Source of the DNA: Desulfurococcaceae archaeon
GTDB taxonomy: Archaea > Thermoproteota > Thermoprotei_A > Sulfolobales > Desulfurococcaceae
NCBI GenBank assembly: GCA_038816475.1
Contig: JAWBAI010000005.1
Span: 17,566-81,565 of the forward strand
Reading direction: 5' to 3'
DNA length: 64,000 nucleotides
The first letter of the stretch is position 1. Every line of letters begins with the position of its first letter. This document shows positions 41,344 through 50,763 of this stretch, piece by piece. Both the position numbers and the translations under genes were made by a program. Below the pieces are notes generated by a model. The model did no database searches. It worked only from the letters and a program-made list of their open reading frames with translations, and had not been told where the DNA came from.

Positions 41344-42269
41344 TCGAGTTGTTGAGCACTGTTTTACTCTCGGCTATTCCAGCTTTTGTTTTCATATACC
41401 TTGTATCTCTGGGTCACAGTATTGCAGAGAAGTCTGGTGTACTGAACTTAGCTGTGGATGGCATGTTCTTTCTATCAACAAGCATAGCTGTACTGGTAAG
41501 CTACAATGTATACGCTTCAGCGGGGTTCACTGAGGTACCTGCTGCTGTCTGTGGAACACTAGTAGCAGCAACTGTAGTAGCATTGATCGGCGCGTTGATG
41601 GCGGTGATTCTCACGGTTTTCCCAGTGAACCATGCAGCGTTCGGTTTATCACTGATGTTCCTTGGATATGGACTCGGTGTAATGGCTGGTTATCCTGTTA
41701 GACTCCGGGTGGGTGTTATTGAGCCGTTCACGTACCCCGCTGATCTCACAGTTTACCTTGCACTGCTCTCATTATCGGTGGGAGTATCAATCGCTGCTCA
41801 CATCCTTATGTCTAGAACATCCCTTGGAGCATCCATTAGAGCTGTTGGTGAAAAACCGCACAGTGTTCTAGCCATGGGAATGAGCGTTGCTAAGATCAGG
41901 GTTATAGCGTGTTTAATAGGTTTCTTCATACTGGGCGTAGGAGCCTCCATGTACTCACTACTATGGAGTAGAATGTGGGGTCCAAGAGATTACCTGCTTG
42001 GCTACGGATGGATAGCTTTCACAATAGCCTTGGCTGCTGGTAGACACCCACTACTGCTACTGGCTTTATCCCTAGTGTTCGGAGGAATACTGGGTAACAG
42101 GTACACAATACAGGTTCTTCTAGGAATACCACCAGACATATCACACATGATACCCTACATCTCAGCACTAGTAGCAATGCTAATATACAGCACCACGAGA
42201 TTAAGAGAAGTACTAGCACCACCTGGAGCTCTCGGAAAAGTATTCTACAAGGAGGAGAGAACAGTATAG
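41340..42269 (+). CDS. Nucleoside ABC transporter permease
   Basis: EKSGVLNLAVDG, RAVGEKP, GYGWIA, PY...APPGALG. Confidence 0.9.
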   Translation: MIELLSTVLLSAIPAFVFIYLVSLGHSIAEKSGVLNLAVDGMFFLSTSIAVLVSYNVYASAGFTEVPAAVCGTLVAATVVALIGALMAVILTVFPVNHAAFGLSLMFLGYGLGVMAGYPVRLRVGVIEPFTYPADLTVYLALLSLSVGVSIAAHILMSRTSLGASIRAVGEKPHSVLAMGMSVAKIRVIACLIGFFILGVGASMYSLLWSRMWGPRDYLLGYGWIAFTIALAAGRHPLLLLALSLVFGGILGNRYTIQVLLGIPPDISHMIPYISALVAMLIYSTTRLREVLAPPGALGKVFYKEERTV

Positions 42270-42355
42270 CCGAGTACAATTGCAAGCAAAAACAGGATCC
42301 ATAAGCAGAGAGACATTTAAGTAAAAAACTCGTTTAAACTACTCGTATAGGGAAA

Positions 42356-44419
42356 CTAGTGCTTTCTTTTCTTCACGATCAGCGAGTAGGTTACGAATGT
42401 AGCAGTCGCTGTAGCTACTACTACGGTAATATACCATGGTTCAGGTATTGGTATAGGTTCCTGAAGCTCAGGGTAAGATTCGGATACTAGGTGAACAACG
42501 AGATTACCTCCTACATCTCCTTCAAGTGTAACTATTGCAATCCTTCCTGGTTGACCTGGGTTTGCTCGCAGTACAGCTACGTATAGTGGAGTTTCGTGAA
42601 CACCCTTAACAGTGGATACTGGTAGTACCCATGGTTCAAGAGTATCTGTGCTCGTATCATAGAAAGCAACGTAGAGGTTCCTAGTACCTGTTTCATCCGT
42701 AATAGCATACGGTATAATGTATTTACCAGAGCCCTCGTCGAATACTACACGAACATAGCTAGCGTTCCCATCAGCTAGCACAAAGCTTCTAACCACTCCA
42801 CTCGTATCTAAGAGAGATAAGTTAACCCATCCAACAGCACTCCAAGCAACAAGCCAAGTAGAGTAGTTACTTGCAATCCACGGATAGAAAGTAGTTGGTA
42901 CACCACGATCAATTAATGCTCCTCTCGATACGATGGGAGACGGTGGCTGTAAATCTATGATCGCGTAGTCAAGGCTCGTAGAACTAGCATTGTACACTGT
43001 TAACACGTAACGACCTTGTCCAAGGATTTTACTGTAGATCGATGGATAAAGGTTGAAGTACGAATAGTAATTCCCACCTGATACGTACAGATCCGGTTCT
43101 GGACCCTGATCTCCTTCTCTATCATCGACAGAATACTGAGTTATGAAGAATCCTAAGGTTGGATCAGACCTGCCCACGATTACCACAATATCATGACCAG
43201 TAGTAGCAGTTACATTTCTTGCTAGTAGCGTGAAGTTTCTTGTTAATGGATCGTAGATTAGACTACCTATGATGTCTACTCCAACGCGTGGCGTAGTATC
43301 GGGGGAGGATGTGACACCTCCACCTAATGGAACAAGAAGGTATCTTCCTGTGTACACGGGCGTTTCGTTCAAGAGGTTAATGGTGTACCGAGCCACAGCT
43401 GTGGTTTGAGATGAGTGTCCTACTACCCACCACCTGGTTTCATTGGAATGAATAAAGAACGTTACCGTGGGATGATACTGGTAACTCGCACCATAAATGT
43501 GCATCGGCGTTGTTGGTTCTCCAACGATTGGTACATAGCTGTACAACACAGTTCTAAAATATGTAGTAGTACCGACCACTCTTGTGAAATTCGTCCATGC
43601 AACTAGGAACCCTGTTTCATTAGCTGCAATATCTATCATTCCTCGGAACACGTTTGCGTAGATCAATGAACCCTTATCTGGACTAAACGCGTATTGATTA
43701 ACGATTTCTCCCTCATTATTCAAGATGTATACTCTCAAAGTATAGTTCGGGGCACCTTCTGAGAATGCTATTCCAAGATACTGCTTGTCGGGTGTTACAG
43801 CTACTCGGATACCCCATGATGTAGGGTACTGAATGGTCCCAGTGTATATCGACACTTTTTTTACTGTGGGAAGCTTCTCAGACTCTACTGAGTACTCCAG
43901 GTACAAGCTCCACTTACCTGGGTCGAAGTCGTCGTCTTGGAAGTCCTGGATCACAGCGTAGCCGTTATCAACCATCCACTTGTTAACGTTCAATATGTGT
44001 GTTCTGTTCACTCTTACGTAGAGTACTGCTACAATTCTTCCGTAGTTATCTACAAGTCCACTACTGCATCCAGCTTGTCTTGAGTAGTTGGCTATATCCA
44101 AGTACACTGTGTTGTTGTATGCTGCAAGCAGGTTTATCAGTGCATTCCGCGCTTCCTCTCCCTCTGGTGTATTTAGTTCGGGTGCATCTATGTCTGCTAA
44201 TCTAACAACTGTTCTGTATTCACCTGCAACACACACAGGTGGTGAAATATGCACTGTGTCTCCGTCGACAACCCTGGTTACTACTACGCGTGCATGTGGA
44301 AAATCAGGGTGAAAACCAACTCTGTTGCTGGATGTTAGTAGAATTGCTGGTTGAGCTAGTAGTAGCATGATTAGTGATAGTATTATTAAACCCTTGATCC
44401 TCAACCACAACACCTTCAA
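42356..44419 (-). CDS. Secreted, surface-anchored thermonuclease (SNase domain plus large beta-rich domain and PIPEP-TM-basic C-terminal sorting signal)
   Basis: Signal peptide; VVDGDT, VRLADIDAPE, DNYGR, MVDNGYA; C-terminus PIPIPEPW-TM-KKRKH. Confidence 0.85.
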   Translation of the reverse strand: MKVLWLRIKGLIILSLIMLLLAQPAILLTSSNRVGFHPDFPHARVVVTRVVDGDTVHISPPVCVAGEYRTVVRLADIDAPELNTPEGEEARNALINLLAAYNNTVYLDIANYSRQAGCSSGLVDNYGRIVAVLYVRVNRTHILNVNKWMVDNGYAVIQDFQDDDFDPGKWSLYLEYSVESEKLPTVKKVSIYTGTIQYPTSWGIRVAVTPDKQYLGIAFSEGAPNYTLRVYILNNEGEIVNQYAFSPDKGSLIYANVFRGMIDIAANETGFLVAWTNFTRVVGTTTYFRTVLYSYVPIVGEPTTPMHIYGASYQYHPTVTFFIHSNETRWWVVGHSSQTTAVARYTINLLNETPVYTGRYLLVPLGGGVTSSPDTTPRVGVDIIGSLIYDPLTRNFTLLARNVTATTGHDIVVIVGRSDPTLGFFITQYSVDDREGDQGPEPDLYVSGGNYYSYFNLYPSIYSKILGQGRYVLTVYNASSTSLDYAIIDLQPPSPIVSRGALIDRGVPTTFYPWIASNYSTWLVAWSAVGWVNLSLLDTSGVVRSFVLADGNASYVRVVFDEGSGKYIIPYAITDETGTRNLYVAFYDTSTDTLEPWVLPVSTVKGVHETPLYVAVLRANPGQPGRIAIVTLEGDVGGNLVVHLVSESYPELQEPIPIPEPWYITVVVATATATFVTYSLIVKKRKH

Positions 44420-44499
44420 GTATAAACTTACATCGCGGTGGGTTTATAAGCAGATATGTGTGGAAGCAGAGATCGACTTGTTCATCGTGGTTGTTGAAG

Positions 44500-45372
44500 C
44501 TAGGATTTGTACTTGAACTCTGATACTGTTGCAACGTAGAGTGCTACAAGTATTAATCCACCACCGAGAACCTTGTACAAGGCTAGTTCTTCAAGCTTCA
44601 TTAAAACCGAGAAAACCAGTGCGAAAACAGGCTCTAGAAGAAACACCAGTGCAGCTGTTTCAGGTGAAACGTACCTCTGTCCTAGAACCTGGAAGAAGGT
44701 TGCACCAATTGAGCAAACCAGTGCAAGGTACGCAATGTAGACGAGTGCTTCCGTTGATAACTGTGGATTGTGCAGAATTGATAACGGAGCGTAGAGTAAG
44801 CCCACAGCAAAGCAACCAAGGAGAAACTCGTACATTGAGGAACCCTTGAACCTGGCTATTAGGAGGATCTGAGCTGCCCAAGCAAAGGTAGCAGTAAACA
44901 CCAGTAGTTCACCGACCCCGAATCCACCAGCAGGTGTTGTCAGAGCGTAGAGACCAGTTATTGCTAAAGCAAGGCTCACGAGATCCAGCATCGTATACCT
45001 CTTCGCTACGAACCCAGCGTACAGGTGAACGTGGATTGTGCTTAAACCCGTGATGAAGGCACTTGTGGATGGATCTACGTAGGCTGTTCCCGCTGCTTGA
45101 AGACAAAGCCCTACAGTGTACGCTAACCCGGTGATGAATCCTCGTTTAAAGCTCAACGAGTCAAAGGACCCGTTTGCTATTCTGCGAGCAACCAGTGGCG
45201 TAAGAACCAGTATTGCTAAAGCTGTCCTCGCAAAAGTATAGGTGTAAGGATCTACTTCACCCATGGATAGCTTTATGAAAGCAAAGGATGTTCCCCACAA
45301 AATCGTCGTTGTAATTAGAGAAAGCAAACCAAGAAACTTAAGCTTACTACTGGTGCTTCCCATAAGGTACAC
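44500..45372 (-). CDS. DMT/EamA family transporter
   Basis: ILWGTSF, SAFITGL, LLEPVFA; ~10 TM helices. Confidence 0.92.
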   Translation of the reverse strand: MYLMGSTSSKLKFLGLLSLITTTILWGTSFAFIKLSMGEVDPYTYTFARTALAILVLTPLVARRIANGSFDSLSFKRGFITGLAYTVGLCLQAAGTAYVDPSTSAFITGLSTIHVHLYAGFVAKRYTMLDLVSLALAITGLYALTTPAGGFGVGELLVFTATFAWAAQILLIARFKGSSMYEFLLGCFAVGLLYAPLSILHNPQLSTEALVYIAYLALVCSIGATFFQVLGQRYVSPETAALVFLLEPVFALVFSVLMKLEELALYKVLGGGLILVALYVATVSEFKYKS

Positions 45373-45435
45373 GGATCACGCTTACTCAACTAGGAAGTAC
45401 ACGTGCTCTCTTCAACCAGTTTGAATGTAGCTTGT

Positions 45436-46401
45436 TCACCCGGGAATTATTCTTGTTCCAGCTTCTCCTCTGAGAGCTTCAGCTGCTTGCTTAAGATGAG
45501 CTATTACTGCTAGTTTACCACCGTTCTGTATGAACCTGACGCCGGCTAGCACCTTTGGACCCATGCTTCCAGGTTTGAAGTGACCTTCCTTGTAGTACTT
45601 TAGTGCTTCGCTCACCGTTAGAACTTTGACTGGTTTAGCGTTGGGTGTTCCGTAGTCTAAGTACACGTAGTCAACGTCTGTTAGTATCATGAGAACATCT
45701 GCTCCAAGCGAACTAGCCATTCTCTCTGCTCCAAGGTCCTTGTCTATTACAGCTTCCACTCCGCTGAGCCTCCCGTTTTCCTCAACAACTGGTATTCCTC
45801 CTCCACCATCCGCTATTACAATGAAGCCTTTTTCAACCAGTGTTCTAATAGCCTCGATCTCCACTTGGATAAGCGGGTCAGGTGATGGTACGACTCTTCT
45901 GAATCCACCGCGAGGATCAGGCTTAAAGATCCACTTGTATTCTGCTGCTAGCTTATCAGCCTCCTCCTTCTCGTACCATGGACCAATGTACTTTGAGGGG
46001 TCTTTGAAGTCGGGGTCATCTCTTCTAACGAGAGTTTGTGTAACAACGGTGACTACGCCCTTAACCACGCTGGGGATTAGTTCTTTCTCTTTGAGCTTGT
46101 TGTAAAGTGCTTGCTGAAGTATGTAGCCAAGCCAACCCTGAGTCATAGCACCAGCTATGTCCAGGCTCATTGGTGGAATGTTCTTGTGCTTAAGTCCAAG
46201 CACCATTAGTTCAGCGAGTATACCAACCTGTGGTCCATTACCGTGGGTTACAACAACTCTGTAGCCTTCCTCAACGAGGCTTACAACAGCTTCTGCTGCT
46301 CTGTACGCGTTTCGCCAGTAGTCCTCAACAGTACCCTTCTCGCCTTTCGACTGAAAAGCGTTTCCACCAAAGGCTATAACAACTAATCCTTTATTCTTCA
46401 A
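45436..46401 (-). CDS. arcC: Carbamate kinase
   Basis: AFGGNA, THGNGPQVG, AMTQG, RRVVPSP, GGGGIPV, EAVIDKD, GSMGPKV. Confidence 0.97.
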   Translation of the reverse strand: MKNKGLVVIAFGGNAFQSKGEKGTVEDYWRNAYRAAEAVVSLVEEGYRVVVTHGNGPQVGILAELMVLGLKHKNIPPMSLDIAGAMTQGWLGYILQQALYNKLKEKELIPSVVKGVVTVVTQTLVRRDDPDFKDPSKYIGPWYEKEEADKLAAEYKWIFKPDPRGGFRRVVPSPDPLIQVEIEAIRTLVEKGFIVIADGGGGIPVVEENGRLSGVEAVIDKDLGAERMASSLGADVLMILTDVDYVYLDYGTPNAKPVKVLTVSEALKYYKEGHFKPGSMGPKVLAGVRFIQNGGKLAVIAHLKQAAEALRGEAGTRIIPG

Positions 46402-46478
46402 CCATTCACACCCCTTGGTTCAAAACGTGTGTTAAATACAGATCGTAGACCTTATAAAGGTAAACCATGAGCGTATAA

Positions 46479-47747
46479 CTAGCGATCTTTGCCCAAATGG
46501 GTGTGCAGGGCTTTCTCAAGATCTCTGAGGGTTGGTGATATGGTTGGAGCATCTCCTGCGATGTTCTTCAGGACCTCATGGTCCTTTAAGCCGTGCCCGG
46601 TTACTAGTACAACAACTGTTTCATCTCTATCGACTCTACCCTCGTTAACAGCCTTGATGAGTCCTGCTAGTCCAGCAGCACCACTAGGCTCTGCTAGTAT
46701 CCCCTCGAGGCTAGCCAAGAGCTTCATGGCTTCAACTATTTCACTATCGGATACTACAACTCCGTAGCCGTTGGTATCGTAGAGTGCTCGAAGCCCTGCA
46801 TCACCGTCCCACGGGTACGTGTCCTCGAGACCCGTAGCAATTGTTTGAGGAGGCTTCTCCCAGGGTCTAATATTCAGAGGGTCTTGCTTTTCGAACCAAG
46901 CTCTAACCAGTGGGTGATTACCCTCTGGTTGAACAGCGACCAGTCTTGGATACTCGTTCACAAGACCTATTTCGTTGAGGTCTCTAAACCCCTTGTAAAC
47001 GCCAGTTAGTAAACTACCAGCACCCACTGGAACGAAAACCTGACTTGGAACACTGTAGTTCAACTGCTCAGCGATCTCCATGGATATGGTCTTAGCACCT
47101 TCAACCTGGTAGGGGTTGAAGGGGCCGAAGCTAGGGCTCATGTAGAAGCCGAACTTCTCGTATGCTAGTTGCATGAGCTTTACTGTTGGGTCCTCGGCTG
47201 TTGTCCACTCTACTTTAAACACTTTTGCTCCGTAAACTAGTAGCTGTGCTATTTTACCGTAGGCTGCGAAGTGAGGTACAAAAGCGTAAACGGTTAACCC
47301 TGCTCTTGCACCGTAGGCTGCTAGCGAAGCAGCTGCATTACCACTACTAGCTGTAACAGCGTGCTTGTACCCGAAGTACTTAGCCATTGATACTGAAACA
47401 CTCATGCATCTATCCTTGAAACTACCGGTAGGATTACGCGTTTCATCCTTCAAGTAAAGGTTTCTCAAGCCAAGTTTTTCACCCAGCTTCTCAGCTTTGA
47501 CCAGTGGTGTTCCACCCTCGTAGAGTGTAACAGCGGCTTCGGGATTTGGTAGTGGTAGTAGCTCTCGGTATCTCCACATGTAGAAGAGTCTTTGCCTAAG
47601 AGTATCCTTGGACAAGTGCTCTTTTACAGCTTCATAGTCGTAGTGTACGTCTAGTCTACCGAGGTCTCTGTTAGCGCAGATCAAGGGCTTCATGTCTAGC
47701 GTGTATACTCTGCCACACCTACTACACACTAGTTTCTCAACAAACAA
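46479..47747 (-). CDS. Threonine-synthase-like PLP enzyme (fold type II)
   Basis: N-terminal CxxC..C, EGGTPL, NPTGSFKDR, ASSGNA, PVGAG, EPSGA, TGHGLK. Confidence 0.85.
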   Translation of the reverse strand: MFVEKLVCSRCGRVYTLDMKPLICANRDLGRLDVHYDYEAVKEHLSKDTLRQRLFYMWRYRELLPLPNPEAAVTLYEGGTPLVKAEKLGEKLGLRNLYLKDETRNPTGSFKDRCMSVSVSMAKYFGYKHAVTASSGNAAASLAAYGARAGLTVYAFVPHFAAYGKIAQLLVYGAKVFKVEWTTAEDPTVKLMQLAYEKFGFYMSPSFGPFNPYQVEGAKTISMEIAEQLNYSVPSQVFVPVGAGSLLTGVYKGFRDLNEIGLVNEYPRLVAVQPEGNHPLVRAWFEKQDPLNIRPWEKPPQTIATGLEDTYPWDGDAGLRALYDTNGYGVVVSDSEIVEAMKLLASLEGILAEPSGAAGLAGLIKAVNEGRVDRDETVVVLVTGHGLKDHEVLKNIAGDAPTISPTLRDLEKALHTHLGKDR

Positions 47748-47815
47748 CCGTGATCCCTTGTTACAGCGAACACTGCTCTGGGAATTAAAAATAAACTGTG
47801 AAGGTAGAGTTAAAA

Positions 47816-50215
47816 CTAGTGTTTTATCCCGTGCTTCTTTATTATATAGTAGACTCTGTCCGGTGTTGCAGGTATAGTGTTTAGATCTCTGCTTGCTTTT
47901 TCAGACTTTAAGGCATGGGCTATTGCATTGACTATGGATGGTGCTATTGCAACTATGGATGGTTCTCCTAGACCCTTAGCACCGAAGGGTCCTCTTGAGT
48001 ACCCTGCTTCAACGAAGTCCACGTTTATGGTTTCGGGAACATCGGGAAGAGTTGGAATATGGTACTTGGAGAAGTTGGTGTTGTAAACGCTTCCATTGGG
48101 TGCGTGAACTATTTCCTCCATTAGTGCATAACCCATTCCCTGTATGTAGCCTCCTATTGCGTGGAACTCTGCTCCAAGTCTGTTTACAACTCTCCCGATG
48201 TCGTACACGGTTGTTGCACTGAGAACTCTCACTAAGCCTGTTTCAACGTCAACTTCAACCTCGCTGATCACTGCACCGAAGGTGTATGTGAAGTACGGTT
48301 GTCCTGTTCCAGTTTCATCGTGCCACTCGGCTGGTGGAGCACGGAAGAAACCGTACTCCTGCAGTGGAACACCTCTCCAGAATGCTTGCTCAACGAGCTC
48401 TCTCCACGTAATGGACCTCCTGGGTTCGTCTCTGCAGTATACTCGTGGAGCCTCGATCACGACCTCGCTTGGTGAACAACCAAGCATTTCTGAAGCCAAC
48501 TTGTTTAGTCTTTCTCTCAGCTTGTAGGCGGCTACCAGAACGGCGTTACCAGCCATAACCGTGACTCTGGAGGCAACGGTTGGTCCACCGTCTGGAACAG
48601 ATGATGTGTCTATGGATTCAACCTTAAAGTACCATGGTGGAACACCCAGGACCTCAGATGCTATATTCAGAAGAGACTGTATAGAGCCTTGACCCATGTC
48701 AGTTAAACCAGACCTAAGTACAATGCTTCCATCCCTCTGGATGATGATAGAGGCTGATGAGTAGTCTGCTCCCTCAGCGCCGATGCTGTTACCGTGCCAC
48801 ACGATGGCAATACCAATACCCCTCCTGAACCTGCCTTTGCTCTCCATGTAAAGTTTTCTCTTCTCATGCCAGTTACTAAGCTCTACAGCTCTTTTGATAG
48901 CATCTTCGAGGCCTACGCCGTGGTCTAAGAACTGTCCGTGGACTGTTCTATCCCCGTTTCTCAGAATGTTCTTTAGTCTTATTTCAACGGGATCTAATCC
49001 CAGCTCCTCCGCGATGAGATCCATTTGTCTCTCAACAGCGAAGTGAACTTGTGGGTTTCCAAAGCCTCTGAACGCTCCAGCTGGTACTCTGTTGGTGTAA
49101 ACAACAAGGGTGTCTATTTTTGCGTTTTTAACCCTGTAAGGACCCGTGCTGTGAACAGTTGCTCTCCAGCCCACGAAGGGACCCAGGCTTGCGTAAGCAC
49201 CAGTGTCGAGCACTATTTTAGCTTCAACAGCTAGTATTGTTCCATCTCTGCTTGCAGCGTGCTTGTACCATGCGATCATCGGATGCCGCTTGGTGTGTCC
49301 TATTATGGATTCCTCTCGCGTGTGTAATACAACGGCTGGTCTACCGGTTGCTAGTGCTGCAAGAGCAGCTTTCGCAGCTATCTCGTTTCCAACATCTTCT
49401 GCACCGCCAAACCCTCCTCCAAGAGCTGGTGCGATCACCCTTACCATGCTGAATGGTTGACCGAGAACACTTGAAACAGCGCGACGAGTATCAAAGGGGC
49501 ACTGTGTTTTTGCGTATATCGTAACTCCACCATCTGGCTCTGGTATGGCTATGGCTGCTTCTGGCTCCAAGTATGCGTGCTCCTGCATGGGAGTACTGTA
49601 AACGTTCTCCACGATAACCGTGGCTTCCTCGAAGGCTTTCTTTACGTCTCCAGTTCTGATCCTGTACCGGGATAGTACATCTGAGCCTCTTTCATCGTGT
49701 ATCAAAACATGTTCCTTCTCTCTGAGTGTTTCAAAGTCCACTATTTCCAGCGGATCAAGGTAAACCGGCAACGGCTCGTAATCAACGTGCACTCTCTCAG
49801 CTGCTTCCACAGCGTTTTCAAGAGACTCTGCAACAACGAGTGCTACTGTGTCACCTATGTACCTAACCTTTCTATCTGCTAACAATGGTTGATCGGGTAA
49901 AACGTAACCAACATCGTTGATACCCGGTATATCCCTAGCCGTTAGAACCCTCAGAACACCAGGGTACTTTACAGCTTCAGAAACATCAATGCTCTTGATC
50001 CTAGCATGAGCGTACCTTGATCTAACGCTGTAGACGAACACTGGGTTCTTGATCAGGTTCAGTAGATCCGCCGTGAATATAGGTTTACCCGTAACTTTGC
50101 TAATAGCATCCCATCTAGCAATACGCTTACCTACGTACTTGAACTCTTGCGTTGACTTGCTCCTCGTCTCGGTGAACACTCTCTCAACTATCTCCAGGTA
50201 ATCCGGTCTACTCAT
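47816..50215 (-). CDS. Xanthine dehydrogenase family molybdopterin-binding subunit
   Basis: QEHAYLEP, GGGFGG, AFRGFGNPQ, MGQG, GPTVASR, KGLGEP. Confidence 0.95.
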   Translation of the reverse strand: MSRPDYLEIVERVFTETRSKSTQEFKYVGKRIARWDAISKVTGKPIFTADLLNLIKNPVFVYSVRSRYAHARIKSIDVSEAVKYPGVLRVLTARDIPGINDVGYVLPDQPLLADRKVRYIGDTVALVVAESLENAVEAAERVHVDYEPLPVYLDPLEIVDFETLREKEHVLIHDERGSDVLSRYRIRTGDVKKAFEEATVIVENVYSTPMQEHAYLEPEAAIAIPEPDGGVTIYAKTQCPFDTRRAVSSVLGQPFSMVRVIAPALGGGFGGAEDVGNEIAAKAALAALATGRPAVVLHTREESIIGHTKRHPMIAWYKHAASRDGTILAVEAKIVLDTGAYASLGPFVGWRATVHSTGPYRVKNAKIDTLVVYTNRVPAGAFRGFGNPQVHFAVERQMDLIAEELGLDPVEIRLKNILRNGDRTVHGQFLDHGVGLEDAIKRAVELSNWHEKRKLYMESKGRFRRGIGIAIVWHGNSIGAEGADYSSASIIIQRDGSIVLRSGLTDMGQGSIQSLLNIASEVLGVPPWYFKVESIDTSSVPDGGPTVASRVTVMAGNAVLVAAYKLRERLNKLASEMLGCSPSEVVIEAPRVYCRDEPRRSITWRELVEQAFWRGVPLQEYGFFRAPPAEWHDETGTGQPYFTYTFGAVISEVEVDVETGLVRVLSATTVYDIGRVVNRLGAEFHAIGGYIQGMGYALMEEIVHAPNGSVYNTNFSKYHIPTLPDVPETINVDFVEAGYSRGPFGAKGLGEPSIVAIAPSIVNAIAHALKSEKASRDLNTIPATPDRVYYIIKKHGIKH

Positions 50216-50763
50216 TCTCTCACCTCCAGTGGTTTCATGTAGAGCTTTTCTCTAACCTCCTTCTCGTTGAAGAACACTCTTCCCTCACGCACGTACTTGG
50301 AGGCTAGTTGAGCTGCTCTCACGTAGTAATGGTAGCTACCGCATCTGCATAGAACACTACTAAGCCATTCTTTTATTTCATCCACGGAGGGATCGGGGTT
50401 TCTATCGATCAAAGCCTTCATCACCATGAGTACACCCGGTACGCAGAAACCACACTGAATTCCACCAGTCTCTAGTAGAGCTACTTGAACAGCGTGAAGC
50501 ATACCGCTAGGTGCAATACCCTCGAGGGTTACAACCTCAGCTCCATCAAGCGTAGCTGTGAGAAGTAGGCAGGAGTTTCTCGGTTCTCCATTCACTAGAA
50601 CAATGCAGGTTCCACACTCTCCTCTACCACAACCTTCCTTGACACTCGTAAAGCCAAGTCTATACCTTAGCGTGTTTACCAAACGCTCGTTTGCAGGAAC
50701 AACAACGGTGTACTCTCTTCCGTTAACAACAAGACGCACGTTGTGCGTCTTCAAGCAGAACAC
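50212..50763 (-). CDS. Xanthine dehydrogenase family 2x[2Fe-2S] subunit
   Basis: GCGRGECGTC, QCGFC, LCRCGSY. Confidence 0.95.
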   Translation of the reverse strand: MFCLKTHNVRLVVNGREYTVVVPANERLVNTLRYRLGFTSVKEGCGRGECGTCIVLVNGEPRNSCLLLTATLDGAEVVTLEGIAPSGMLHAVQVALLETGGIQCGFCVPGVLMVMKALIDRNPDPSVDEIKEWLSSVLCRCGSYHYYVRAAQLASKYVREGRVFFNEKEVREKLYMKPLEVRE

